Origin: Malacoraja senta
Lineage: Eukaryota
Length of the DNA: 64,000 nt
Direction: 5' to 3'
NCBI GenBank assembly: GCA_038087875.1
Contig: CM075991.1
Coordinates: forward strand, 3,596,001-3,660,000
In this document: one piece after another, positions 51,590 to 62,822 of the stretch
Position numbering within the stretch: the first letter of the stretch is position 1
Layout of the letters: the number at the start of each line of letters is the position of its first letter
Notes under the pieces: model-generated
Seen by the model: the letters and a program-made list of their open reading frames with translations, nothing else
Database searches by the model: none
Told to the model about the DNA's origin: nothing
Position numbers and translations under genes: made by a program

Positions 51590-52066
51590 TGACACTGTGC
51601 CAGAACATCTTGTCTGGCAACATCACAATCTGGTTTGGGAACTGCTCTGCCCAGGACAGGAAGGCTCTGTAGTGTGTTCGCCGAACGCACTATGGGAACT
51701 ACACTCACTCCCCTGCAGGACCTGTACACCAGGAGGTGCAGATCCAGAGCCAGCAACATTATGGGGGACCCCTACCAATGGACTGTTCCAGCTGCTACGG
51801 TCAGGCAAACGCCTCCGCTGTCATGCTGTGAAAACAGAGAGGATGAGACGGAGTTTCTTCCCACAGGCCATCAGGACTGTAAACTCTTATCTCACTAGGG
51901 ACTAATTTAATGTTGTGTTACGTCTTTAAAAAATATATATTTTCTAACATGTGAATACTGGTTCTGTTCTGTAGTTCTTGCACAATCCGCAGGCATTGCC
52001 ACTTTCATTTCACTGCACATCTTGTATGTGTATGTGGACAAATAAAGTTGACTTGACTTGACTTGA
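51590..52066 (+). mobile_element. Rex1/Babar LINE 3' fragment, different subfamily with (CTTGA)n tail
   Basis: NILSGNITIWFGNCSAQDRKAL and KTERMRRSFFPQAIR; aataaagttgacttgacttgac tail. Confidence 0.75.
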
Positions 52067-52235
52067 GCCCCAGGTTCAATCCTGACCAACTTGTCCATAC
52101 CTACCAAGATGCCCCATCTAAGGTGGTCCCACCTATACACGTTTGACCGATATCCTTCCAAGCCTTTCCAAGGTAGACAAAAATGCTGGAGAAACTCAGC
52201 GGGTGAGGCAGCATCTAAGGAACGAAGGAATAGGT

Positions 52236-52263
52236 GACGTTTCGAGTCGAGACCCTTCTTCAG
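52236..52263 (-). ncRNA. minimal hammerhead-ribozyme-like core (PLE repeat)
   Basis: CTGAAGA-A-GGGT[CTCG]ACTC-GAAAC-GTC. Confidence 0.5.
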
Positions 52264-52949
52264 ACTTTCCAATCTGTGTACCTTTCAAATGTTGACAATG
52301 TACCTGCCTCAATTCCCCTTTTATGAGATACAGCGCAGAAACAAGCTTTTCGGCCCACTGAGTCCATGCCAACCAGTGAACTATGTAGGATAGCACTATC
52401 CTACACACTAGGGACAATTTTACAATTTTAGTGGGGCCAATTAACGTACAATCCTACACGTCTTTGGAGTGTGGGAGGAAAGCAGAGTACCCGGGAAAAT
52501 TGTATGCGGTCACAGGGAGAATGTACAAACACATTACAGACAGTCAGGATGGAACCCGGGACCCTGGCGCCGTGACTCTACCGCTGCGCCACTGTGCCGC
52601 TCCAAAGCATAAAGCAACATTTCTGGGGTCTCTGAATTCTCAGATTCACGCTCATATTTGAATGATGCACATTTGTAATAAATACCACAGTGTAATATAT
52701 GATTGTGAGGACGAAGAAAGGAAGAGGCGGAGACAGTGGGCTAAGGAGAGCTGGGAAGGGGAGGAGAAAGCAAGGACGACCTGAAATTGGAGAAGTCACC
52801 GTTCATACCGCTGGGGTGTAAACTATCCAAGCAAAATATGAGGTGCTCCTCCTCCAATGTACGGTCTCCTCCCCTTCCCAGCTCTCCCTCAGCCCACTGT
52901 CTCCGCCTCTTCCTTTCTTCTTTCCGCTTCCCCCCACCCTCACATCAGT

Positions 52950-52977
52950 CTGAAGAAGGGTCTCGACCCGAAACGTC
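52950..52977 (+). ncRNA. minimal hammerhead-ribozyme-like core (PLE repeat)
   Basis: CTGAAGA-A-GGGT[CTCG]ACCC-GAAAC-GTC. Confidence 0.55.
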
Positions 52978-55256
52978 GCCTATTTCCTTCGCTCCGTAGA
53001 TGCTGCCTCACCCGCTGAGTTTCTCCAGCATTTTTGTCTACCTTCGATTTTCCAGCTCCTTCTTAAACAGTGTAATATATAGTCTCCAGAAGACTTGGGC
53101 GCTTGTATCTAAAAAAAAACTCTGGTTTCCTCCCACACTCTGGAGACGTGCGGGTTTGTAGGTTAACTGGCTTTGGTAAATTGTCCCTAGTGTGCAGAAC
53201 TAGCGTAAGCGGTGATCACTGGTCAGCGTGAACTCGGTGGGCCGAAGGTCCTGCTTCCACGCTGAGTCTTTAAACTAAAACGCAAGCCGGAAACCTAACA
53301 GAGGGTTGTAACCGGAGGACCACTAGAGGCTTGCTTGTATATTTAGTTTTGTTTATTTATCAATGATGCATCATTTCCTGAACCAGTTGCAACAACAAGC
53401 TTCGTTGCTTACATTGTGGCCCACAAGACTTCCGGAGTAGAATCCTTCACGGAATCAGTTTATTTATGAACTAGAAAGTAGGAAGTATCTTCTCATGTTT
53501 TGCCAATAAAATGATGCACGGTGGTTCATCCGAGAGGGGTTGCTGCCTCACAAGCACCAGAGACCCGGGATCAACCCCGCCCTTGGGTGCTGTCTGTACG
53601 GAGTTTGCACGTTCTCCCTGTGACCGCGTAGGTTTCCTCCGGGTGCTCCGGTTTCCTGCCACATCCCAAAGACGTACAGGTGTGTAAGTTGGAATCACAG
53701 AGTCATAGAGTCTGTCTGAAGTGGGTAGGGAGTGGTTGTGAAAGTGGGATAACATGGAACTAGTGTCAATGGGGATCGATGGTCGGCGTGGACTCGGTGA
53801 GCTGAAGAGCCAGTTTCCTCGCTGTATCTCCAGTGTGTGCCATTGAGTGTAGGAAGGAACAGCTGGTGCTGGTTTAAACCAAAGATAGACACATTACGCT
53901 GGAGTAACTCAGCGGGATGGGCAGCATCTCTGGGCAGAAGGAATGGCTGACGTTTCGGGTTCGAAACTCGAGATCTGAAGAAGGGTCTCAACCTGAAACG
54001 TCACCCATTCCTTCTCTCCAGAGATGCTGCCTGCCCTCTGATTTACTCCAGCATTTTGTGTCTGCCAACATCTACCTTGCCACGCATCTCTATCATCTTC
54101 TGTGTTTGAATAAGTTCACCCCTCACTCTTCGAAACTCGAAAGGCCCAAACTAACCTCTCTCGTTAGGGTAACCACCTTTCCCCACAGAATTAGGCCGTG
54201 AATCTCCTTAGTGTTGTTTTGTTTGGAGATACAGCAGGAAAACAGGCCCTTCGGCCCACCATCGATCAACCGTTTACACTAGTTCTATGTTATCCCACTT
54301 TCTCATCCACTCTGGACACACTAGATACTGCCTCCAATGTCACTATGTTTGTTTTTTGGACAAAGGAGACCAAAGCAGAAAATGTTCTTGGTGACAATCC
54401 ACCAACCTGAAGAAGTGTCTCCACCCGAAACGTCTGAAGAAGGGGCTCGACCCAAAACGTCGCCTATTTGCTTCGCTCCATAGATGCTGCCTCACCCGCT
54501 GAGTTTCTCCAGCATTTTCGTCTACCTTCAATTTTCTAGCATCTGCAGTTCCTTCTTAAACATGCACCAACCCCTTGAACAATTTCCAATAAAGCGACCC
54601 CGATTTTAAACTCCAGCATTGGCGTTGGAGGCCAAATTATCTTCTTATCCATGTGGGGTCTTCGGGGAATCTGTACATCATGTATTCTCTCTCCCCCCAC
54701 CCACCTTCTGCTTCCTCCCCACACCTCCTATCACTTAGTTTCATTCCCCTCCCCCAGATAGTTCCATCTACCCATCAAACGTAGCCCTTCCATTTTAATC
54801 TCTCCACAGATGCTATCTGACCCTTTCCCTCCACAGATGCTGCCTGACCCATTGGGTTACTTCCAGCACTTTGTGTTTGGCTCAAGAGTCAGGCATCTGC
54901 AGTCTCTTGAGACTCCATCTACCTCCGGGCACTGTCTGTACGGAGTTTGTACGTTCTCCCCGTGACCCGCGTGGGTTTTCTCCGAGATCTTCGATTTCCT
55001 CCCACACTCCAAAGACGTACAGGTTTGTAGCTTAATTGGCATGGGTTTGTATACTTGGTATAAGTGAAAATTGTCCCTAGTGTGTGTATGCTTGTGTTAA
55101 TGTGCTGGTCGGCGTGGACTTGGTGGGCAGAAGGGCCTGTTTCCATGCTGTATCTCTAAACTAGACTAAAATAAACTAAACACCCTACTCCAGTCCGAAT
55201 GAGAAAATATTAGCAAGTGTGTGCTTGCGTCCACAGTTAAAGTCAACCTTTCTCAC

Positions 55257-55356
55257 CTCCGATAAAGCTCCAGATGTACCACGGCAGGAGCGATTTTCTC
55301 CACCACGTCTGCGATGAAGTTAAACTTCAACCTCAAGCTGTCTGGATGCTGAAGAC
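55257..55356 (-). CDS. HTRA4: HtrA-family serine protease, exon 2 ([34 protein letters not shown])
   Basis: tag|...|gtgaga boundaries, 100 nt, phase 1->2. [16 protein letters not shown] is the conserved HtrA motif. HTRA4 is assigned from ADAM9 adjacency; the sequence alone is HTRA1/4-like. Confidence 0.92.
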
Positions 55357-55953
55357 CTAAAACAGGCAAAGTTTAAAGCGGTTAGTAAAAAGATACACAA
55401 AAAGCTGGAGTTTCACACAAAGGGTGGTGGGTCCATGGAACAAGCTGCCAGAGGAGGTAGAGGCAGGGACTATTCCAACATTTAAGAAACAGTTAGACAG
55501 ATACATGGATTGGACAAGTTTGGAAATGGAACAAGCGCAGGCAGGTGGGACTAGTGTAGCAGGGACATGTTGGTCGGTGTCGGCAAGTTGGGCCGAAGGG
55601 CCTGTTTCCACACTGTATCACTCTATGACTCTAACTCAGCGGGACAGGCAGCATCTCTGGAGAGAAGGAATCGGTGACATTTCAGGTCGAGACCTTTCTT
55701 TAGATCTCGAGTTTCGACCCGAAACATCAGCCATTCCTTCTCCCCGGAGTTGCTGCCTGTCCCGCTGAGTTACTCCATGTGTCGATCTTCAGTTTAACCA
55801 GCATCAGCTGTTCCTTCCAACACACAAAGGTCCACACTTACTTAGTGTGGGAAAGAGTTGTCCAGAATCAGGTTTAATTTTATCAGTGGTTGAAGGGAAC
55901 GATTGTCAAGATTTTTTGATGGACTTCCTACCATTCTAGGCTGAATGGTCTAA

Positions 55954-56183
55954 AGGCCTGTCCCACTTTCACGACCTAATTCACGACCTCTGCCGAGTTT
56001 GCCCTTGACTCATACTCGCAGCATGGTCGTCACAAAGTCGTAGCAGGTCGTAGAAGGTCGTAGCAGGCCGTGGATGCTAGTCGTAGGTACTCGTGGCATC
56101 AAGTAGGTCGGGGCGTTTTTTTAGCCTGATGAACCACGAGTAAAATAGGTCGTGAATTATGTCGTGAAAGTGGGACATGCCCT
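55954..56183. mobile_element. PIF/Harbinger-type MITE inserted in a CR1 3' end
   Basis: Same TIR; TAA TSD on both sides. Confidence 0.85.
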
Positions 56184-58359
56184 TAATTCTACTATTCCTT
56201 ATGATCTTATGATTTTATCACTAGAAAGCAATAATTCCTAAAGACTCAGAAGTGTTAATGAAATGACAATCGTGAATGAAGGGAACCAAAACATTTCTGT
56301 TCTGGTACACTTAATCAGAGGTGTCATTAATGTACTTTTGAGCTGAGCAGTAAAGCCTGGGTATTCCATGCCCGCATCCAAGAATAATATTCCACTCGGC
56401 CTCAGACAGGATGTTTAGCCAAGACCTACAGACCAGGCTTCCTCCATTAGTTAACGGCGAGTTGGAAGTTTAATTGGCCACTGTAAGATTGCTCCTGATG
56501 TGTAGGTGAGTGGTAGAATCTCAGGAGACTTGATGGGAATTCAGGGAGAATAGGTTGGAATTAGTGGGGAATGGGATTGCTCTTTAGACTGTAGACTTTA
56601 AAGATACAGCGCGGAAACAGGCCCTTCAGTCCACCGGGTCCGTGCCGACCAGCAATCACCCCGTACACTAGCACTATCCTCCACACTAGGGACAATTTTT
56701 ACAGAAGCCAATTAACCGACAATCCTGCACGTCTTTGGAGTGTGGGAGTAAACCGGAACACCCGAGGAAACCCGACGTGGTCACAGGGAGAACGTGCAAA
56801 CTCTGCACAGACAGCACCTGAAGTCAGGATTGAATCTGAGTCTCGTGCGCTGTGAGGCAGCAACTCTATCGCAGCGGAACTGTGTCGCCCTGCCCATTTG
56901 AGCTGGCACCAACTCGATGGGCCGAAATGTCCTCCTACATGTGGTATGAACGAGGAATGCTTGTATTAACTCTGCCTTGCAACACTTGCTTCTTATGCTG
57001 CTCAAAATGAGAATGGCAACAGAAGTGGCTCGGTGGCACAACGGTAGAGCTGCAGCCTTACAGCGCCAGAGACCTAGGTTCGATTCTGACTACGGGTGCT
57101 GTCTGTACCGAGATGCATGTTCTCCCTGTGACCGCGTGGGTGCTCTGATTTCCTTCTGCGATTTGTAAATTGTCACCTGGTGTGCGAAGGATAGTGTCAG
57201 TGAACGGGTTGTTCGCTGGTAGGCACAGACTCGATAGTCGGCACGGACACAGTACACAGTGATGCAGTTCTAACAACAAGGGCCTCATTACTACCAATGG
57301 ACACACAGGGTCTCCTACCCAAGGCCTTTTGTTGTGTTGTGTTGTATTTTGTTGTGGTGCTGGCTCAAAGGGCCGAATGGCCTACTCCTGCACCTATTGT
57401 CTATAGTCTAAAAAGCTGGAGTAACCCAGCGATACAGGTAGCATCTCTGGAGAGAAGGAATGGGTGACGTTTCGGGTCTTCGTGCTGCTCAGTTCAGCTT
57501 GACTTTGCCCTCTAGACCAGGTAACTCTCTGCCAGCTAACATCGGATGGCTGCAAAGCTTCCATGGAATAAGAAGAGAGACACAAAATTCTGGAGTAACT
57601 CAGCGGGACAAGCAGTCTGAAGGAGGGTCTCAACCCGAAAAGTCACCCATTCCTTTCCAGAGATGCTGCCTGTCCCGCTGAGTTACTCCAGCTTTTTGTG
57701 ACTATCTTTGGTCTAAACCAGCATCTGTAATCCCTTCCTACACGTTTAGTTGTCTTGTACTGATGCTTTGGCAGCTCCTGTTAAAGTTTCAGTCATTCCA
57801 AGCCCTCTAACAAGGAGCCAGAACAACATGGAATGCTCCCAAAAGAATGGAACGGCTTCAACCCAATGCTGACTGAGTAAGTTCATGAGGACACAAAGTG
57901 CTCGAGTAACTCAGCGGGTCAGGGAGTATCTCTGGTGAACGTGGATTGGTGGCAGCTTTTCTTTTGTAATCAAACCATTACAAAGTATTAGGTGAACCGC
58001 AAAGCATTTATTAAAACCTATGCCGAGAGAATAATACGTACTGTTGCACTCGTTGCACCATTTACAGACTGCCGAGTTATGGGACCAGCAGGCTGTTATC
58101 AGTAACTGCAGTCCTACTCAAATCCCGGACTGGATTACACGGTGGAATGTGTATCATGCATAATATATGTGGGGAAGGCTTTATTGACAGAGATTAATAT
58201 GGTTGATTTACAGTTTTGGATTGAGACCCTTCCTCAGATAGGGTACTATTTACCCAGATTTTGTTTTAAGTTTGAAGGGTCTCGACCCGAAACGTCAGCC
58301 ATTCCTTCTCCCCAGGGATGATGCGTGTCCCGCTGACTCCAGCTTTTTGTGTCTATCTT

Positions 58360-58660
58360 CTTTAGTTTAGTTTATAGTTTAGAGATATAGCGCGGAAACA
58401 GGCCCTTCGGCCCACCGAGTCCGTGCCGACCAGCGATATCCCCGCACATTAATACTATCCTGCACACATTAGGGACAATTTACATTTACACTAAGCCAAT
58501 TAACCAACAAACCTATATATCTTTCGAAATGCTCAGAGAAAACCCATGTAGGTCACGGGGAGAACGTACAAACTCCGTACAGACAGCACCCGTAGTCAGG
58601 ATTGAACCTGGGTCCCTGGCATTGGGAGGCAGCAACACTACTACTGCTCCACCATGCCGC
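58360..58660 (-). mobile_element. V-SINE
   Basis: Full V-SINE with (TTTAG)n tail on the plus strand. Confidence 0.85.
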
Positions 58661-60489
58661 CATTAACAGGCAGAGAGGACTGTGCATTCAACAGGCAGGT
58701 GGGACGAGTGTATCTGGGACCGGTGTGGGTAAGTTGGGCCGAAGGGCCTGTTTCCACACTGTATCACTCTAATTCCCTTCTGGCAGAAGGCAGCAGGCCA
58801 GAGACAGACTGCAGTAGCAATGCTCCCGCAGCTGTTGAAAGATGTTCATTTCAACACTGGACAAACAATGTCATCACAGAACCATCTGCTGTGAAGGACA
58901 CATAATCCAGTGTCTGGAAGGAGCGTTCCTCCCCTGAAGAAGGGCTGGTGTATCCAGCTGTCACAGGCAGGGTAGACACAAAAAGCTGGAGTAACTCAGC
59001 AGGACAGGCAGCATCTCTGGAGAGAAGGAATGGCTGATGTTCCGGGTCGAGACCCTTCGCGCAAGATAAAGCCCAGTAAAGTCCGATGAAGTATCAGCTG
59101 TTGGCGTAGAGGTTTAAGAGAGTGGGCTGATTGTAATGATTGATCACAGACCCACTTCTGGGACCAGCACGTGGAGAGTTGCCCAGCTTGGCCGCCATCT
59201 TTCGTGCGAAAGGGTGATTGATTAAGTTGGCATGGACTAGCTGGGCCGAAGGGCCTGTTTCCACGCTGTATCTCTAAAACATAAAAGAGTCAACCATGGA
59301 GCTGTGAGCGGCTGTCGACCCGAAACGTCACCTATTTCTTCGCTCCATAGATGCCACCTCACCCGCTGAGTTTCTCCAGCATTTTTGTCCACCCACTCCA
59401 CGAATTACTCAATGCATGGAAAGACCTTTGCTCTTGGCTCCCCCTTTCAGCTTCAGGTTGCTGAGCTCTTCATCGAACGATTCACTCACTGTCCGAATTC
59501 TTCTTGATGTTTCACACTTCCAAACAAGTGTGAGGTGTTGCCTTAAAGCAAGTCAGACCTGGGCAGGACTTGCACTGTCAAAGGGTATGGAGGATGTTGT
59601 AGAGCAGAGGGGCCTAGGGTTGTGGGCGTTAGCTTCCTGACAGTGGTGACACACGTGGGCAGGGTGGCAAGGAAGATATTTGCCAAAATGGACACAAAAT
59701 GCTCGGTTGAAACCAGCATCTGCAGTTCCTTCCTACACAAAAATAAAAATGATTGCCGGCTCCAGTTTTGGGAGTCGGCCGGCTCAATGGCCAACTTGAG
59801 TCTGCTCATTGCCAGCAACAAGAGAGATCCTTAAACACAAGCACACAGAGTGCTGGCGTAACTCAGCGGGTCAGGCAGCATCTCTGGAGGGAAGGAACAG
59901 CTGGTGCTGGGTTTAAACCTAAGAGAGACACAAAGTGCTGGAGTAACTCAGTGGGACAGGCAGCATCTCTGGAGAGAAGGAATGGGTGACGTTTCGGGTC
60001 AAGACCCTTCTTCATTCTTCTTCATCCTCTCTCCAGAGATGCTGCCTGTCCCACTGAGTTACTCCAGCATTTTGTGTCTATCTCTGGAGAACATGGATGT
60101 CTTAAGCAAAGCAGATATGCTGGCTCGTGTCAGCTTGGGTGCTCAATGTCACATGGTGGGAGAGGACAACCTTAACGTTCATTATTTATTTCAGCCCATT
60201 CAGTAATCTCTGCCTTTCTTTCCAAAGCCTAATGCAAGTCATTGAAGGTGCCAATTCACAGCAAATGGTTTGAGTTTACTTGTTGTTCCACTCATGCGGA
60301 GTGGGTGGGTTATGTCTGCGTGAAGCCAATGCTCGGTCAGCTCAATGGGAATCTCTCTGCCTTAGTTGGACATTGGAAGCTGGCCACTGTCCTCTTGGCT
60401 TCCTTTCCCACTCAATAAGCATCTGAACAGCCCCACCCCACCTCTCCCCCTGTCATTGTCCACAGCAAAGTCTGTCAGTGCCACCAGAT

Positions 60490-61770
60490 TTGGGCACCAT
60501 ATCTGAGGAAGGAATGTGCTGGCATTGGAGAGGGTCCATAGGAGGTCTACGAGAATGATCACCAGGAATAATTAAAGGTAACAAAAATGCTCGAGAAACT
60601 CAGCAGGTGAGGCAGCAACTATGGAGCGAAGGAATAGGTAAAGTTTTGGGTCGAGACCCTTCTTCAGACTGATGTGGGGGGATGGGGGGCGGGAAGAAGA
60701 AAGGAAGAGGCGGAGACAGTGGGCTGTGGGAGAGCTGGGAAGGGGAGGGGAAAGAGGGAGAAAGGAAGGACTACCTGAAATTGGATACGTCAATGTTCTT
60801 AACCAGAAATAATTAGTTTAACAGAATGATGAGCATTTGAAGGCACTCGCTGGAGTTTAGAAAGATGAGGGGGGGGGGGGGGGGGGACCTCATTGAAACT
60901 TACCGAATAGTGCAAGGGCTGGATAGAGTGATTGTGAAGAGGATTTTTCGACTAGTTTGAGAGTTTAGGACCAGAGGCCATAGCTTCAGAATAAAAGGAT
61001 GTACCTTTGGAAAGGATATGAGCAGGAATTTCTTTACTCAGAGGGTGGTGAATCTGTGGAATTCATAGCCACAGAAGGTTGTGGAGGCCAAGACAAGGGA
61101 ATTTTTTAAGGCGGAGATTGATAGATTCTTTGTTAGTAAAGGCCCTGTCCCACAGGCAGGCAGTTATGGGCGGTAAGCGCGGCGTAGCAGGAAGTGGGGA
61201 CCGCGCGGGGACCGCGGGGTCGGTCCCACGCAGATCGCCGGAGCCGTATGTAGTTGGTCCCGACACCGCGCGGGGCTCAGAAAAACTGACACTGTCCAAA
61301 AACTGACACTGCTGCCCAGCTACCGCCTGGACGCCGCGATCACCGCCTGGACGCCGCGATCACCGCCTGGACGCCGCGAGCCGTCTCGATGTAGTACGCT
61401 AGCGCATTGCGTTTCGCGATGACGTCATCACTCGACGCCGCGCTCGCCGCATGCATTCGCATGCTCGTGGGACAGGCCGTACGGTAAACACTCGGCCTCT
61501 GCGCGGCAACCATTTCCGGTTAGGTTGCGCTTGCTGCATGCTCGTGGGACAGGCCGTACGGTGGCACCCGTGCGGCAGCCGCGCAGTCCCCGCTTCCTGC
61601 TGCGCCGCGCTTACCGCCTTGAACCGCCTGCCCGTGGGACAGGGCCTTAAGGATGTCAGGGGTTATAGGGCGATGGAAGGAGATTGAAATTTGAGAGGGA
61701 AAGAGAGATCAGCCATGATTGAATGGTGGAGTAGACTTGATGGGCTGAATGGCCCTATTCTGCTCCTAGA
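60490..61770 (+). mobile_element. CR1 fragment interrupted by a PLE piece and a Harbinger-type MITE
   Basis: gcattggagagggtccataggagg..., gagtttagaaagatgagg..., and CR1 3'UTR after 61650. Confidence 0.75.
61140..61647. mobile_element. GC-rich PIF/Harbinger-type MITE
   Basis: AGGCCCTGTCCCAC TIRs and TAA TSD; internal 20-bp tandem repeats and extra TIR-like copies. Confidence 0.85.
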
Positions 61771-62384
61771 ACTTATGAACGAACAGCCCCTTAAAATATA
61801 TAAATGTAAGCAAATACAGTACAATGGTGCAGCTGGTAAAGTTGCTGTCTCACGGCACGAGACTCGGGTTCAATCCTGACCTCGGATGCTGTCTGTGTGG
61901 AGTTTGCACGTTCTCCCTGTGACCGCATGAGTTTCCTCCCAAATCCCAACGACATGCGGGTTTGTAAGATTAATTGAACTCAAATTCACCCCGGGTGTGA
62001 GGGGAGTGGATGCGAAAGTGAGATAAGGTGGAACTAGTTCGAAGGGGTGATCGATGGTCGGCACGGACTTGCTGGGCCGAAGGGCCTGTTTCCGTGCTGT
62101 ATCTTCATTCCCAAAATCACTTTGAGGAACTGCCAATTCCTTGGCTACCGCAACATGTGTTTTGATGAAACTAATGGAGAATTTATTTCCATTGACAGAG
62201 GCACATTTGATTATTATTCACCAATACATTCCTACTGGGGTTGAATGAAGCCACAAATGATGGAGCTGATGGCTTGAAGACCACAGTAGGAAACAATTGA
62301 CAATTGGCATGAGTGTGTCAAGAAATATTGACGGCAAAGAGGTTCGTATCTCATGACAACATCCCCAAGTGAGAGCCCCAATAA

Positions 62385-62822
62385 GTTCAGTTCAGTTTAG
62401 TTTAGTTTATTGTCACGTGTACCGAGGTACAGTGAATAGCTTTTGTTGCATGCTAACCAGTCAGCAGAAAGACAATACATGATCACAATCTAGCCATTCA
62501 CTGTGCACAGACACATGAGAAGGGAATAACATTTAGCGCAAGGTAAAGCCAGCAAAGTCCAATCAAGGATACTCCGAGGGTCATCAAAGAGGTAGATAGT
62601 AGTTCAAGACTGCTCTCTGGTTGTGGTAGGATGGTTCAGTTGCCTGATAACAGCTGGGAAGAAACTGTCCCTGAATCTGGAGGTGTGCATTTTCACACTT
62701 CTGTACAACGACTCTGATCTTTGCTTCTGTATCTTTTGCCTGATGGGGAGAGGGGAGAAGAGGAAGTGGCCGGGGTGCGACTCGTCCTTGATTATGCTGC
62801 TGGTCTTGCTGAGGCAGCGTGA
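62385..62822 (-). mobile_element. Rex1/Babar LINE 3' fragment
   Basis: Same 3' sequence; further copies at about 240-470, 1435-1556 and 18720-18910. Confidence 0.8.

Noticed and set aside
61140..61647. CpG island or HtrA exon 1
   Set aside because: Bounded by MITE TIRs and a TAA TSD; no IGFBP/Kazal cysteine pattern. Exon 1 probably lies beyond the window or in the gap.
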